Part shown: one piece after another, positions 50,997-61,191 of the stretch
How positions within the stretch are numbered: position 1 is the first letter of the stretch
Layout of the letters: each line of letters opens with the position of its first letter
Assembly: GCA_022396035.1 (NCBI GenBank)
Contig: JAIOXO010000007.1
Location: forward strand, 2,473-66,472
Direction of reading: 5' to 3'
From: Actinomycetes bacterium
GTDB taxonomy: Bacteria; Actinomycetota; Humimicrobiia; Humimicrobiales; Humimicrobiaceae
Length of the DNA stretch: 64,000 bases
Translations under genes and position numbers: made by a program
The notes under the pieces: model-generated
Database searches by the model: none
What the model saw: the letters and a program-made list of their open reading frames with translations, nothing else
Told to the model about the DNA's origin: nothing

Positions 50997-53900
50997 AGCC
51001 CGCAGAACCGGCTATAGCTGCAATAGGAGCATGCCTGAGTCTTATTTGCTGAAAAATTACCCGATTTAATCCCGGATATTGCCTCTAAAAAGCTCTGCTT
51101 AATCTCCTTAATATGACCGGGGGTAAAACATATACTCTGCTTATGATTATTTTTTAAAAAGAACAGGAAGCACTCTATTCTGTCAATACTTACTGACCAT
51201 ATCTCCGAACAGGCCAGGGCATATGCGGCCAGCTGGCGCATATAGCTTATATTCATCTTGCTGTTTCTGCACTCAGCCACCTTGTAATCAATAATTCTGT
51301 AATTTTCCCCATCTAGTTTATCCAGCCGGTCCACTTTGGAAGTAACTATGTTTTCAGAAAGCTTAAGGTAGATAAGCTGTTCCAGCCATACTCTTTCTAC
51401 CTGATCTACATTAAAAAACGGACTCCGGGCATAGAAGCCAAGATAGTTCTGTATATCTTTATCGGTGGTTAATTTAATTAATTCCTGCTGTCCGATTTTC
51501 GGCAAGGAAAGTTTGGCCAGAGCGGCCTTCTCCAGCAGTTTGTGAACTTTTTGTCCTGTTTTTATAGACTTATTCAGCGGTTCGGGCAAAGACATAACGT
51601 ACTTATACCTGTACATGGCAGGGCATTTTAAATAATCCAGGATAGAGGTCAATGAAAATACATTCTGGTTTATGGTTTTTTTCTTGGTTCTAATTTTACC
51701 CTCCGGGGGGTGGACCTCTGTTTTTTTATTTTTCCCCGCCCGGGTCATTATATACTGATTTGCTTTTTTAAAATCAATTTGGGGATAACTAATTTTCTTC
51801 TTACCAGCCAGAAATTTAAAAATTCCGCTGTCTTCTACCTTAAAAGCCTGGCCAGGAATCAGGTCTTGAAGATAATCGCTGCCTGCCTGGTTAAGAACTT
51901 TTAGATTGCCAAAATCCGACAGATCTTTAAAAAAGGGAACTATCTTTTTTTTGGATTTTTCATTTTCCATATCATACCGGTCCCTGTACTGGCTATGGGA
52001 TAATACTAGCAACTTCTTTGCCCTGCTGCAGGCGACATAAAAGATTCTTCTCTCCTCTTCTTCCCTGATCTTTTTTAACTCCTGCTTAAATTTAGCCTGG
52101 CTGCCAAACTTGCCCTTCTTTTGCCATATACGGCTATCTTTTCTTAGGCTGGAGGGTAATACAAACTTTGAGTTACTACTCTTTTGTTTGTAATCATTGG
52201 CCCATAGCATGGGTAAGAATACTACTTCAAATTCCAGACCCTTGGCAGCATGGATACTCATAATTTTTACCGAGTCTTCACTGCCGAATTCAATGCTGTC
52301 AGGACCCTCATAATCTGTTTTGGCAACCTGGCTTAAGTAAGTATTAAAAGCACTTAAATTATTGCCGCTAAAATCATCTTCAAAATCACTGGCTATTTTA
52401 ATTAGAGTCTCTACATTGTTGATCTTTTTTTTATAGGAAGAACCAAAGTTGGATTTCAGATGATTCTGCAGTCCGCTATGCTGGTAAATCAGGCTAACCA
52501 GCTCTTTGAGCTTAAGAAGACTTGATTTCTGTAAATAAAAATTTAACTCCTGTAAAAATCCGGCCAGCCTTGATTTAGCCTGGTTGCTCACATGAGTATT
52601 TTCACTGCTGTTTTGCACTCCGGCCAGCAAACTTACTGTCCTTCCCTGGTCCGGCTCTCTTTTTAAAAAAAATATATCCCTGTCTCCCAGTTTGTACTTA
52701 TCTGATTTTAAGATATAGAGAAGACTGACTTGGTCAAAAACATCATAAACCAGACGTACCCAGGACAGTAAAAAAAGTATTTCCTTTTCAAAATAGAAAC
52801 TCTTGCTTCCAATTATCTCATATCTTATATCCATTTTTTCCAGCTGCCTGATGATGGTATCAAACTGTTTCCGGCGATTTAAAATGGCCATATCTTTCAA
52901 TCTTACCCCCTGCTGGTTAAGCCTGCTTATCAGGCTGGCCATAGTGGATGCTTCCTGCTGGTGGGATTCCTGGTAAAAAAAGCCTACCTCTGACTGCCCG
53001 GCATCTTCCGCAGGCTTTAATTGCTTTTCAAAACGGGTTTCATTGGCTGCTATAACCTTATTTAAAGCTGAAATTATGTTCTGGCCTGACCTAAAATTAA
53101 CCGTTAGATAAAAATCTTTTACCCGGCACTGCTTAAATAAATCCCAGAGGTGAAAATTAAGAATATTTTCAACACATGCTCCCCTGAAAGAATATATGCC
53201 CTGATCATCGTCACCCACTACGGTCATCTTATTATCGGGGCCATTAAGCATGGCCAGAAAATAAGCCTGGGCGATATTGGTATCCTGAAATTCATCTATA
53301 AAAATGTAGCTGTACCTTTTTTTATATTTCTCTCTTATAGATTTATTCTCCTTAAATAAAAAGTAAGGAAGGTACACCTGGTCCTGGTAATCTATGCAGT
53401 TATTGTCTTTCTTTAACTGTTCATATTTGCTGTATATAAAAGCAAGGTCTTTCTGTACCTTTACCGCTTCCTTTTCCTCTCTTAATAAAGCACTGCTTTT
53501 ATAATCCTTTATAAAGGAAGAATTATTCTCGGTATAATGCTTTAATTCATCAGGAGTAATAAGGTTGTTCTTGAGGCTGTCAATATAGGACATTATATCC
53601 TGAACCGCCTTACCCGGTGATTTCTTTATGTCTAGATATTCAAATTCATGTTGTTTAAATATCTGGTATATCAGCTGCCAGGTCTCTGCACTGGTTAACA
53701 CCCGGAAGTCTCTTCCCAGGGTAAACTGGAAACTGTTCTCCTTTACAATTTCATTGCCGAAGGAGTTAAAGGTATATATGTTTATATCATCAAAATCAGC
53801 ACTCTCAGTATTATCCCTTATCCTGGTCCTCATATTTTCAGCTGCATTCCGGGTAAAAGTCAGGGCCAGGATACGGGAAGGACTGCACTTGCCCCTGTTT

Positions 53901-54031
53901 ATGGTGTCGATTATGCTTTTAGTTATAACCCAGGTTTTGCCCGATCCGGCGCAGGCAATCACTCTCTTTATCCCACACTGGCTGTTTATTACACTGGCCT
54001 GTTCATCGGTTAGCTCTATAGTTTTACCCAT
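50993..54031 (-). CDS. UvrD-like helicase with C-terminal PD-(D/E)xK nuclease (AdnB-like)
   Basis: AGSGKT, TFT..AA, DEFQDTN, VGDDDQ.IYSFRGA, NFRS, HAAKGLEF, EERR.FYVA.SRA, IIDYK, terminal Cys motif; ATG at 54031. Confidence 0.88.
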   Translation of the reverse strand: MGKTIELTDEQASVINSQCGIKRVIACAGSGKTWVITKSIIDTINRGKCSPSRILALTFTRNAAENMRTRIRDNTESADFDDINIYTFNSFGNEIVKENSFQFTLGRDFRVLTSAETWQLIYQIFKQHEFEYLDIKKSPGKAVQDIMSYIDSLKNNLITPDELKHYTENNSSFIKDYKSSALLREEKEAVKVQKDLAFIYSKYEQLKKDNNCIDYQDQVYLPYFLFKENKSIREKYKKRYSYIFIDEFQDTNIAQAYFLAMLNGPDNKMTVVGDDDQGIYSFRGACVENILNFHLWDLFKQCRVKDFYLTVNFRSGQNIISALNKVIAANETRFEKQLKPAEDAGQSEVGFFYQESHQQEASTMASLISRLNQQGVRLKDMAILNRRKQFDTIIRQLEKMDIRYEIIGSKSFYFEKEILFLLSWVRLVYDVFDQVSLLYILKSDKYKLGDRDIFFLKREPDQGRTVSLLAGVQNSSENTHVSNQAKSRLAGFLQELNFYLQKSSLLKLKELVSLIYQHSGLQNHLKSNFGSSYKKKINNVETLIKIASDFEDDFSGNNLSAFNTYLSQVAKTDYEGPDSIEFGSEDSVKIMSIHAAKGLEFEVVFLPMLWANDYKQKSSNSKFVLPSSLRKDSRIWQKKGKFGSQAKFKQELKKIREEEERRIFYVACSRAKKLLVLSHSQYRDRYDMENEKSKKKIVPFFKDLSDFGNLKVLNQAGSDYLQDLIPGQAFKVEDSGIFKFLAGKKKISYPQIDFKKANQYIMTRAGKNKKTEVHPPEGKIRTKKKTINQNVFSLTSILDYLKCPAMYRYKYVMSLPEPLNKSIKTGQKVHKLLEKAALAKLSLPKIGQQELIKLTTDKDIQNYLGFYARSPFFNVDQVERVWLEQLIYLKLSENIVTSKVDRLDKLDGENYRIIDYKVAECRNSKMNISYMRQLAAYALACSEIWSVSIDRIECFLFFLKNNHKQSICFTPGHIKEIKQSFLEAISGIKSGNFSANKTQACSYCSYSRFCGL

Positions 54032-57008
54032 AATATTTCTCACAAAATATCTTGTAGTCACAATTGCTGCAGTTAAAATAATCCCTGGTCGGGCCAAATT
54101 CTTCCTGCTTAATATGGCCGATGATATCCTCTATCAGCGCTACCAATTCCTTTTCCTCATAATAATGGTCAGGCATTTCTGCTACCGGCTTTTTTTCATT
54201 GCTTAGACAGATATATTTTAATTTGACCCTGCTACCTTCTAAAAACTCAAAATCAGGGCTCCGGTCCAGGGCCATCCGGTAAATTTTAAGCTGTATTTCG
54301 TCCTGTAAATCATTGTGGTTGTAATTTTTTGAGCTGGACTTGTAATCTATCAGTTCAATTTCATTATCGGTAATGAAATTTATCTGGTCCACCTTGCCCT
54401 TTATAGTATAATTGTTCAGCTTAAAGCTGAAAGGTTTTTCATTTACTGACTGCTGTGGGAATGGGGGCATCAGATTACAATAGAAATTTTCAAAATCAGC
54501 CATAGCCCTGTCCAGGGCATCCTTTTTTACTGCTTTAAATTCAAAATCTTCTGCCTCAAATAACTCTTCTATAATTGACTTTAATCTTTTCCAGGTAAAC
54601 TCCTTTTGCTGGAAAAATGATTGGATTATCAGGTGATACAAACTCCCAATCTGCATGGCCAGATTAAACCCGGTTTCAATCCTAAAAAAATAATCATACT
54701 TGTACCTTAACGGACACTTCCTGTAAGCATCCAGAGCGCTATAGGAAAAGCTGGGCCAGAATACCTGAAAAGGATGATTGGAATTGGTGGTAACCTCAAT
54801 ATTTTCCCACCAGCCTGGGGGAGGCCACCATTTATCTAAAAAATTTATATATTTTTTAAGTTTATACCGGGAATAATATAAGCCCTTATCTCTTCTGTAG
54901 GCAAGCACCAGAGCCCTTCTTTTTATCTGCCAGCAATTCATTTTATCCATAGCAAAGCCAGGCTCATGATCAACTGTATCTATTTCCATATCCCTGGCTA
55001 TCTTTTTGAGGTCCAGGTAAAAAGCTGAATAAGGCCGGACTTTACTGGAAGTTATATACAGATAATCTCTAGCCCTGGTCATTCCCGCATACAGCAACCG
55101 TCTTTCATCTTCAGTATGCCTCTTTTTGAGTTGTGAGGCTGAAGGTTTATCCCCTTTCTCCAGATATCCGAACAACTGGAGGTCATAACTCTGGGGCAAA
55201 TAAAGAGTTGCCGGTATATAGCCTTCATTTAAAAAAGGAATAAATACTGCCCTAAATTCAAGGCCTTTGCATTGGTGGAAGCTTAAAACATTTACCCTGC
55301 CTTCCGGTGAGGCTGAAATGCTCTGCTCGATTTCTTCTATAAACCTGCTCTCTATAACCTGGTCCAGAAAATCCAGATAATGCTCTGTAGCAGCAGAGTT
55401 GTTATCCTCATTAAAACTCTTTACGCTTGACAGAAAATCATTTACCGGCTCCCAGTCAAGACTGGTTTTGCCCCATAACCCCAGGTATTGATCGTGGATC
55501 AGCTCCAGAAGGAAATCAAATACCGGCACCTGCTGAAGTCCTTCAAACTTGTTCAGGCATGCCAGAAATTGGTTTATCTTTTCTTTTTTCTCATAATTTT
55601 TATCTTCCTTTAAAAAATCTATAATATGCTCATATTCCTGTTTATGGCTTTCATATCTTTTTTTAATTTCCTTAAAATACAGTGGGTTGATATCCAGCAC
55701 TGAAGAAAGCAGTATGTTTTCCACCAGATAATCTAATTCTTCTATCTGCTGATAGGGCCGGCCAAACAGCCTCAACACATTTAGCAGGTACCTGACTTTT
55801 GCATTGTCCAGAATAGTCCTGGAGCCCCTTCTGGAAAAAGGAATACCGTTCTGGCCCAGGGCATTCTCTATGATATGGGTCTCATAACCAAGCCCCTTTA
55901 TTATTACGGCTACCTGTTCCAGGGGTATTTTTTTGTTTTTCAGCCCTTTTATTTTCTCACAAATAAACTGCGCTTCATCCAGCATATGGTGAAAATCTTT
56001 TATCCGGACCTTGCCCCTGCCGCCCCTGCTTATTGATTCTTTGTCCAATCTGTCGCTGTTCAGATTTATAAAGTGCTGGCTAAGTTCATTTATATCCCTG
56101 CTGTTTCGATAGTTGCGCTTACCGGTTATAATGTTTTTTTTGCCGGTCCTGTCATATACCCTTCTAAAGTTCTGGGACATGGATCCTCTGAAACTGAAAA
56201 CAGCCTGGTCATCATTTCCAAAAAAAATACAGTTTTCACATGAAATCAAATCTGCAATGGTCAGCTGGGCCGGGTTTGATTCCTGGAGCTCATCAAAAAT
56301 TATATAATCATATTTTTGCCTGTACTCTTCCCTTACTGCTTCTTCCTTTTGAAGTATTTCTGCTGTGTGCTGAAGAAGCAAGCCATAATTGTAAGCATTT
56401 CGGCTGTTTAGTTCATTAAGGTACTTCAGGTATATGCCTCCAATTTCAGACAAAGCCTTGCTGTAATAAGGATTGAATTTATCCAGTATTTTCCGTGGTT
56501 CCAGCAGGCTTTCCTGGGCTCTCAGTATGAAATCAAATACCTCCTGGGTATAGCTGTTGGCTATGAACTTGTTTTTATTAAGATAATTTATGCTAATAGC
56601 ATAATTCTTTTTATCCAGGCTGGCCATAACCTCAGATAGCAGGGCCCATTGCTGGGTAGAGTTTAATAAATTAATATCGGTATTAAATTCCAGCGGCCGG
56701 GTGTTATCATGCAAATTTTCAAGCAGAATTCTGCTGTGGTAATGTTCTAAAAAATCAAGGCAAAAGGAGTGAAAGGTGTTTATAGGAATCTCTACCTGGC
56801 TTTTGGGAGCAGCCAGGGCTGTTTCTTCCCTTATAATCTTGGCCCATTTACGGTTAAAGCAAAAGACTAAAACCCGGTGGGGAGCCACCCCGCCATCCCC
56901 TACAAGATAATTTATCAGCCCAATTAAGGCTTGGGTTTTACCACTACCCGGCGGACCGGTGACCATAATATTGCCGGTACCCAGCAATTTTTTTATTTTA
57001 TTTAGCAT
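54024..57008 (-). CDS. UvrD-like helicase with C-terminal PD-(D/E)xK nuclease (AdnA-like)
   Basis: GPPGSGKT, DELQE, DDQ..FSFRG, KGLEF, ERRLLY..MTRA, G.VD, IDYKS, CxxC-x5-C. Confidence 0.88.
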   Translation of the reverse strand: MLNKIKKLLGTGNIMVTGPPGSGKTQALIGLINYLVGDGGVAPHRVLVFCFNRKWAKIIREETALAAPKSQVEIPINTFHSFCLDFLEHYHSRILLENLHDNTRPLEFNTDINLLNSTQQWALLSEVMASLDKKNYAISINYLNKNKFIANSYTQEVFDFILRAQESLLEPRKILDKFNPYYSKALSEIGGIYLKYLNELNSRNAYNYGLLLQHTAEILQKEEAVREEYRQKYDYIIFDELQESNPAQLTIADLISCENCIFFGNDDQAVFSFRGSMSQNFRRVYDRTGKKNIITGKRNYRNSRDINELSQHFINLNSDRLDKESISRGGRGKVRIKDFHHMLDEAQFICEKIKGLKNKKIPLEQVAVIIKGLGYETHIIENALGQNGIPFSRRGSRTILDNAKVRYLLNVLRLFGRPYQQIEELDYLVENILLSSVLDINPLYFKEIKKRYESHKQEYEHIIDFLKEDKNYEKKEKINQFLACLNKFEGLQQVPVFDFLLELIHDQYLGLWGKTSLDWEPVNDFLSSVKSFNEDNNSAATEHYLDFLDQVIESRFIEEIEQSISASPEGRVNVLSFHQCKGLEFRAVFIPFLNEGYIPATLYLPQSYDLQLFGYLEKGDKPSASQLKKRHTEDERRLLYAGMTRARDYLYITSSKVRPYSAFYLDLKKIARDMEIDTVDHEPGFAMDKMNCWQIKRRALVLAYRRDKGLYYSRYKLKKYINFLDKWWPPPGWWENIEVTTNSNHPFQVFWPSFSYSALDAYRKCPLRYKYDYFFRIETGFNLAMQIGSLYHLIIQSFFQQKEFTWKRLKSIIEELFEAEDFEFKAVKKDALDRAMADFENFYCNLMPPFPQQSVNEKPFSFKLNNYTIKGKVDQINFITDNEIELIDYKSSSKNYNHNDLQDEIQLKIYRMALDRSPDFEFLEGSRVKLKYICLSNEKKPVAEMPDHYYEEKELVALIEDIIGHIKQEEFGPTRDYFNCSNCDYKIFCEKYYG

Positions 57009-57150
57009 TAATTTGCTTCAGTTCTATTAGTATTTCCTTAAGCAACATAAGCTCAAGCCTTCTGTAGTCAATATCGTTGGTAAGCTTGGCCCATTTCCTG
57101 GGATTATCTTCAGGTATATATTTATCCAGTTCTGATAAAATATCTCCCAT
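56998..57150 (-). CDS. Small hypothetical protein (50 aa)
   Basis: GGAGG RBS 8 nt before ATG at 57150; stop overlaps the adnA-like start. Confidence 0.6.
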   Translation of the reverse strand: MGDILSELDKYIPEDNPRKWAKLTNDIDYRRLELMLLKEILIELKQINAK

Positions 57151-57332
57151 AGTAGCTGCCTCCCCTGTATGTAGTTTTGTCAAAATGTATATGAAATTAA
57201 AAAATCCTTATTAGAATTTATATCACTTTTTGACTTTAAACCCAACTGTAATTACCTAAAAGCCTAAAGGCCAGGGCTATTCGTTGAATCAGAAAAGTAT
57301 TTTAAAATCGGTTATCTGCCGCTGTAAAAAAA

Positions 57333-57406
57333 TGGAGCGGGCTACGGGAATTGAACCCGCGTTTTGAGCTTGGGAAGCTCACGTACTACCACTATACTAA
57401 GCCCGC
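57333..57406 (-). tRNA. tRNA-Gly (CCC)
   Basis: GCGGGCT acceptor stem, GAGC-TT-CCC-AA-GCTC anticodon arm, GGTTCAATTCC T arm, encoded CCA. Confidence 0.97.
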
Positions 57407-57411
57407 CGGTA

Positions 57412-58023
57412 TTATTGCATTGGAGGCTGCTGGTCCTGCTGCTGGAGATCTCCTTCTTCTGGTTTTTCCTCTTCTTCTTTTGGCTGAACCTGGCTGCTGC
57501 CTTCTTTTAAATTAACTATGGTAAGATTGGTTTTTAATATTCTAATCCCCAGCTTATTATTGGCAATATCCCTGGCTTCAGTAATAATCTGCTGCATCTT
57601 TTCGGGAATATTTGCATTCTGGTTTAAGTCTACCATCATATCAATAATAATGCCCTTGGACCTGGGAGTAATCCTTACCCTTAAGTCCTCTACACCTTCC
57701 AACGTTTTCCCAGATGATTTAATCTGCTGGGCTACTGATTCAAGAGTTATCATGGCATTGCCATCCTTGACCTTGTAGACAGTAGCTATCTTGGACCGTC
57801 TCCGGTAAAACTCCATTAAAAGCAGGAATATGCTTAAAGCAAAAATAAATAACAGCGCCAATGAAGAAATAAAGGGATTTACCCCCATATTGGGATTAAA
57901 CAGCCTTAAGGCTATATCCGACCATTTAAAATAGCCTATAAATTCATTGACTATGGAAAGCAGTGATAAAAAGGCAATAGCCAGCAGCAATATTACTACC
58001 ACCACTTTGTTAAAAATATTCAT
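57412..58023 (-). CDS. AmaP-like alkaline shock response membrane anchor protein
   Basis: Two N-terminal TM helices, G...IT..S/ Asp23-like C-terminal region. Confidence 0.75.
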   Translation of the reverse strand: MNIFNKVVVVILLLAIAFLSLLSIVNEFIGYFKWSDIALRLFNPNMGVNPFISSLALLFIFALSIFLLLMEFYRRRSKIATVYKVKDGNAMITLESVAQQIKSSGKTLEGVEDLRVRITPRSKGIIIDMMVDLNQNANIPEKMQQIITEARDIANNKLGIRILKTNLTIVNLKEGSSQVQPKEEEEKPEEGDLQQQDQQPPMQ

Positions 58024-58131
58024 AGACCACCATTTATTTTAATAATAATTTGTCTTTAAGATTATAATAAAAGAAAATAATTTAATAAAGCGATTTATTT
58101 TTGTTTTAAAAAAATGTATTATTTTTAACTA

Positions 58132-59031
58132 ATGCTGGATAAACAAAAACAAACTCTAGTAATATTAAATCCTGCTTCTGCCAGGAAAACCACCATACTG
58201 GCAAAACCTGAGATAGAATCCTGCCTGTCCAAACAAGGTATTGATTACCACCTCCATGTGAGTACCAGCGCTGAGGATATTATGAATACTGTAAATAAAT
58301 TTAGAGACAGGTACAAAAACTTTATTTCAGTTGGTGGAGACGGTACAGCCCATTATATTGCCAATTCCCTGGCAGGAACCGATAAAAACCTGGGGATAAT
58401 ACCCATGGGAAGCGGCAATGATATTTCCTCTTATTTTAATATTCCCCACAATATTGAGGAATGCTGCCGGATTATAAAAAAGGGCAATACCACCAGGATA
58501 GATCTGGGCCTTATAAACAACCAGTACTATTATATGGGAGTGGCTGGCTCAGGATTTGATTCTGAAGTCACCGACCTGGCCAATAACACCCGGCTTCCCT
58601 TTAAAGGCCCCTTCAAGTATACCTATGCTGTATACAACATATTAATTACTTTCAGGTCCAGGGAATTTAAACTTGCCTATAACAGCCAGCAGAGAGCACT
58701 TCACTCCATGATGATAGCGGTAGCCAATCTGCCCAGCTATGGAGGAGGAATGAAAGTGGCTCCAGATACTGATCCCACTGACGGAAAGCTGGATGTGTGC
58801 ATTATTAAAAGAATGAGTAAAATACATTTTATTAAAGTATTTCCTACCGTTTTTGAAGGAAAACACATCTATGACCCCTTTGTAGAAATGCTTCAGACTG
58901 GAAATATTAAGATTGATTGTCCCCGGTACAGATTCAGTGTGTTTGCCGATGGGGAATACATCTGTAAACTCCCGGCAGAATTTGACCTGGTTCCCGGAGC
59001 TTTAAACCTGATAGTTCCCCCTAGTACCTAA
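58132..59031 (+). CDS. Diacylglycerol kinase (YegS/BmrU)-family lipid kinase
   Basis: NPAS, GGDGT, PMGSGND, G.GFD, YGGG, DG.LD, DGE motifs. Confidence 0.93.
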   Translation: MLDKQKQTLVILNPASARKTTILAKPEIESCLSKQGIDYHLHVSTSAEDIMNTVNKFRDRYKNFISVGGDGTAHYIANSLAGTDKNLGIIPMGSGNDISSYFNIPHNIEECCRIIKKGNTTRIDLGLINNQYYYMGVAGSGFDSEVTDLANNTRLPFKGPFKYTYAVYNILITFRSREFKLAYNSQQRALHSMMIAVANLPSYGGGMKVAPDTDPTDGKLDVCIIKRMSKIHFIKVFPTVFEGKHIYDPFVEMLQTGNIKIDCPRYRFSVFADGEYICKLPAEFDLVPGALNLIVPPST

Positions 59032-60193
59032 CCCAGGTCTCGTTGGTATATTTAAATAAGGTTGAAGCAGGATCCAAGCGGTTACCATTGTCTCCAAACT
59101 CAATATGACCCACTACCCCATCATAAGATATGGATTTTAATTCATCCATATAATCCATGGGCAGTATGGAATTGGCCTCCTTCATGGCTGCTATAACTAT
59201 ATTTACCGCGTCATAGGCATAAGGAGCATATTTTCCCGGCTCAGTTGCCAGTTCATTATCCATAGTTTCTGCATAATCAGTGTATTTATACCAGAAGTCT
59301 ATGGCTTTTTTATCTTCAGTAAACCTGGCAATAGAAGGAGGTTCCGAAACTATAGCTGTTAGCCCTTCCAGGACCTCGGGGGCTGCAAGAACGCTTATCT
59401 GGTCATCCATGGCCAGCTCATCGGTAACAAAGCTGGAATCAATTCCTGCCTCTCTGGCTTTAGTAATCAGACTGGCCAGCTGGTCATACTCGGTACAGGC
59501 AAAAATATAATCCGGTTTATCCAGGAGAAGATTTTCAGCTATAATTTCATATCCTTCAGTTGAAAAATCTATGGAGTACCTCCTGGTTATGTCTATTCCC
59601 TGCTCTCTTAACAGCTGGGCCAGGTAATCCACCAGATTGGCTGAATACTCACTGCGGTTATCTATCAAGATTAATTTCTCTGGTTTTAACTGATTAATAA
59701 ACACATTGGCAATATTTTCTACCTTCTGCTGATTGCTGATCACCATCCTGAAAAAATTATCTCCCAGTCCGGACAGGTCATCACCCTGGGCATAAGCAGT
59801 TATTAAAGGTATGCTGTATTCCTGATAAACAGGTATAGAGACTTTAGTAGTTCCATTAAAGGTTGAACCAATAACCGCTGATATATCCTGTTCTGCCATT
59901 TCCTGCGCTACCAGAAATGCTTTTTCAGGATCGCCCTGGTCATCTTTGCTTACCAGGTCTATCTTATAGGTAAAACCACCTATCTCTACCGGAGACAACT
60001 CTGATACAGCTATACTTGCGCTTACTGTCTGGTCAAAACCCAGTACCTGGTAATCTCCGGACAGGGCAGCCTGGTTTCCTATCTTTATAACCCTCTCCCT
60101 GGTTTCACAGCCGGAAAAATTAATTAACAAGCTAAATATAAGCAAGATCAGCACTGCCATGAAAAGAAGTCTATGGTATTTCCTTGTATTCAT
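59021..60193 (-). CDS. Branched-chain amino acid ABC transporter substrate-binding lipoprotein (LivJ-like)
   Basis: Lipobox FSGC, IKIG...LSG, DDQGDP, YAYDAV, G.I.F..NG.R. Confidence 0.88.
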   Translation of the reverse strand: MNTRKYHRLLFMAVLILLIFSLLINFSGCETRERVIKIGNQAALSGDYQVLGFDQTVSASIAVSELSPVEIGGFTYKIDLVSKDDQGDPEKAFLVAQEMAEQDISAVIGSTFNGTTKVSIPVYQEYSIPLITAYAQGDDLSGLGDNFFRMVISNQQKVENIANVFINQLKPEKLILIDNRSEYSANLVDYLAQLLREQGIDITRRYSIDFSTEGYEIIAENLLLDKPDYIFACTEYDQLASLITKAREAGIDSSFVTDELAMDDQISVLAAPEVLEGLTAIVSEPPSIARFTEDKKAIDFWYKYTDYAETMDNELATEPGKYAPYAYDAVNIVIAAMKEANSILPMDYMDELKSISYDGVVGHIEFGDNGNRLDPASTLFKYTNETWVRY

Positions 60194-60312
60194 AATTTAA
60201 CTAACGCCATTTTTAGATGAATTATAACAGAAAATATAGAAATGATAATTATTTTTACCATAAAGTATGATAAAATTTAGAAAATATCAATAATTTCAAA
60301 CTTTTTTCTTTA

Positions 60313-61149
60313 ATGAATTTATCAGAATGGTTAGAAAATGAAGATCTGAAACAGACAGTAAAAAGCTTGGAGCAATTAGTACCCCGGCCCCTACATACCG
60401 CAGTTATTTTTGGCTCTTTTTTGGCCAGAAGTATTGATTTTTTAAGCCTTGACCACAGATCGGAAATAAAAATGAAGAGCCTGCCCCATTACCCTCTCCC
60501 CTCGGTAGCCGGACAGGAAAAATCATTGATTAGCGGCACAATAAAAAATAAATTAGTGCTGTTATTTAGCGGAAGGATACATTACTATGAAGGATACAGG
60601 CTTCTGGAAACAGTATTACCGGTAATAATCAGCAAGAAACTGGGAGCAAAACAGATAATTATAACTAATTCTGCCGGTGGTCTTAATCCTGAATTTACCA
60701 TAGACGACATTATGTTAATAGAAAACCATTTAAACCTGATGGGAGATAATCCTTTATTTGGGTACAGTTATGACCGCAGGCATGATTATTTTATTAATTT
60801 AGCCCAACCTTACAGCCAGTCTTTGCTGTCTGCAGCAGACCTTGCGGCCCGGCAGATAGGTTTGCGCCCAAAACATGGTGTCTATGCCGGAGTCAGGGGC
60901 CCAGTTCTGGAAACAGCTGCCGAGGCAAACATGCTTAGAATAATAGGGGCTGATGCTGTGGGGATGTCTACTGTAGCCGAGACCATTATGGCTAATTATT
61001 TGAACTTAGATGTTCTGGGAATTTCCCATATTCGAAACCTGGTTTCCGGCCAGGAAACCAGTTTCAGCCATTTAGAAGGAAATAAAAAAGAAACAAAAGT
61101 GGGGAAAATGTTGTCTAACTTAATTGAAAAGGTAATTGAGGATTCTTGA
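60313..61149 (+). CDS. Purine nucleoside phosphorylase (trimeric type)
   Basis: GRIHYYEG, TNSAGG, GP..ET.AE, GADAVGMSTV.E motifs. Confidence 0.88.
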   Translation: MNLSEWLENEDLKQTVKSLEQLVPRPLHTAVIFGSFLARSIDFLSLDHRSEIKMKSLPHYPLPSVAGQEKSLISGTIKNKLVLLFSGRIHYYEGYRLLETVLPVIISKKLGAKQIIITNSAGGLNPEFTIDDIMLIENHLNLMGDNPLFGYSYDRRHDYFINLAQPYSQSLLSAADLAARQIGLRPKHGVYAGVRGPVLETAAEANMLRIIGADAVGMSTVAETIMANYLNLDVLGISHIRNLVSGQETSFSHLEGNKKETKVGKMLSNLIEKVIEDS

Positions 61150-61191
61150 TATGGACTTAAGGCTTTTAAACCAATATAAAGGAGCATACAT

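Noticed and set aside
57184-57406. Integrative element at tRNA-Gly
   Set aside because: No integrase, no duplicated tRNA 3' end seen, and the flanking genes are housekeeping.
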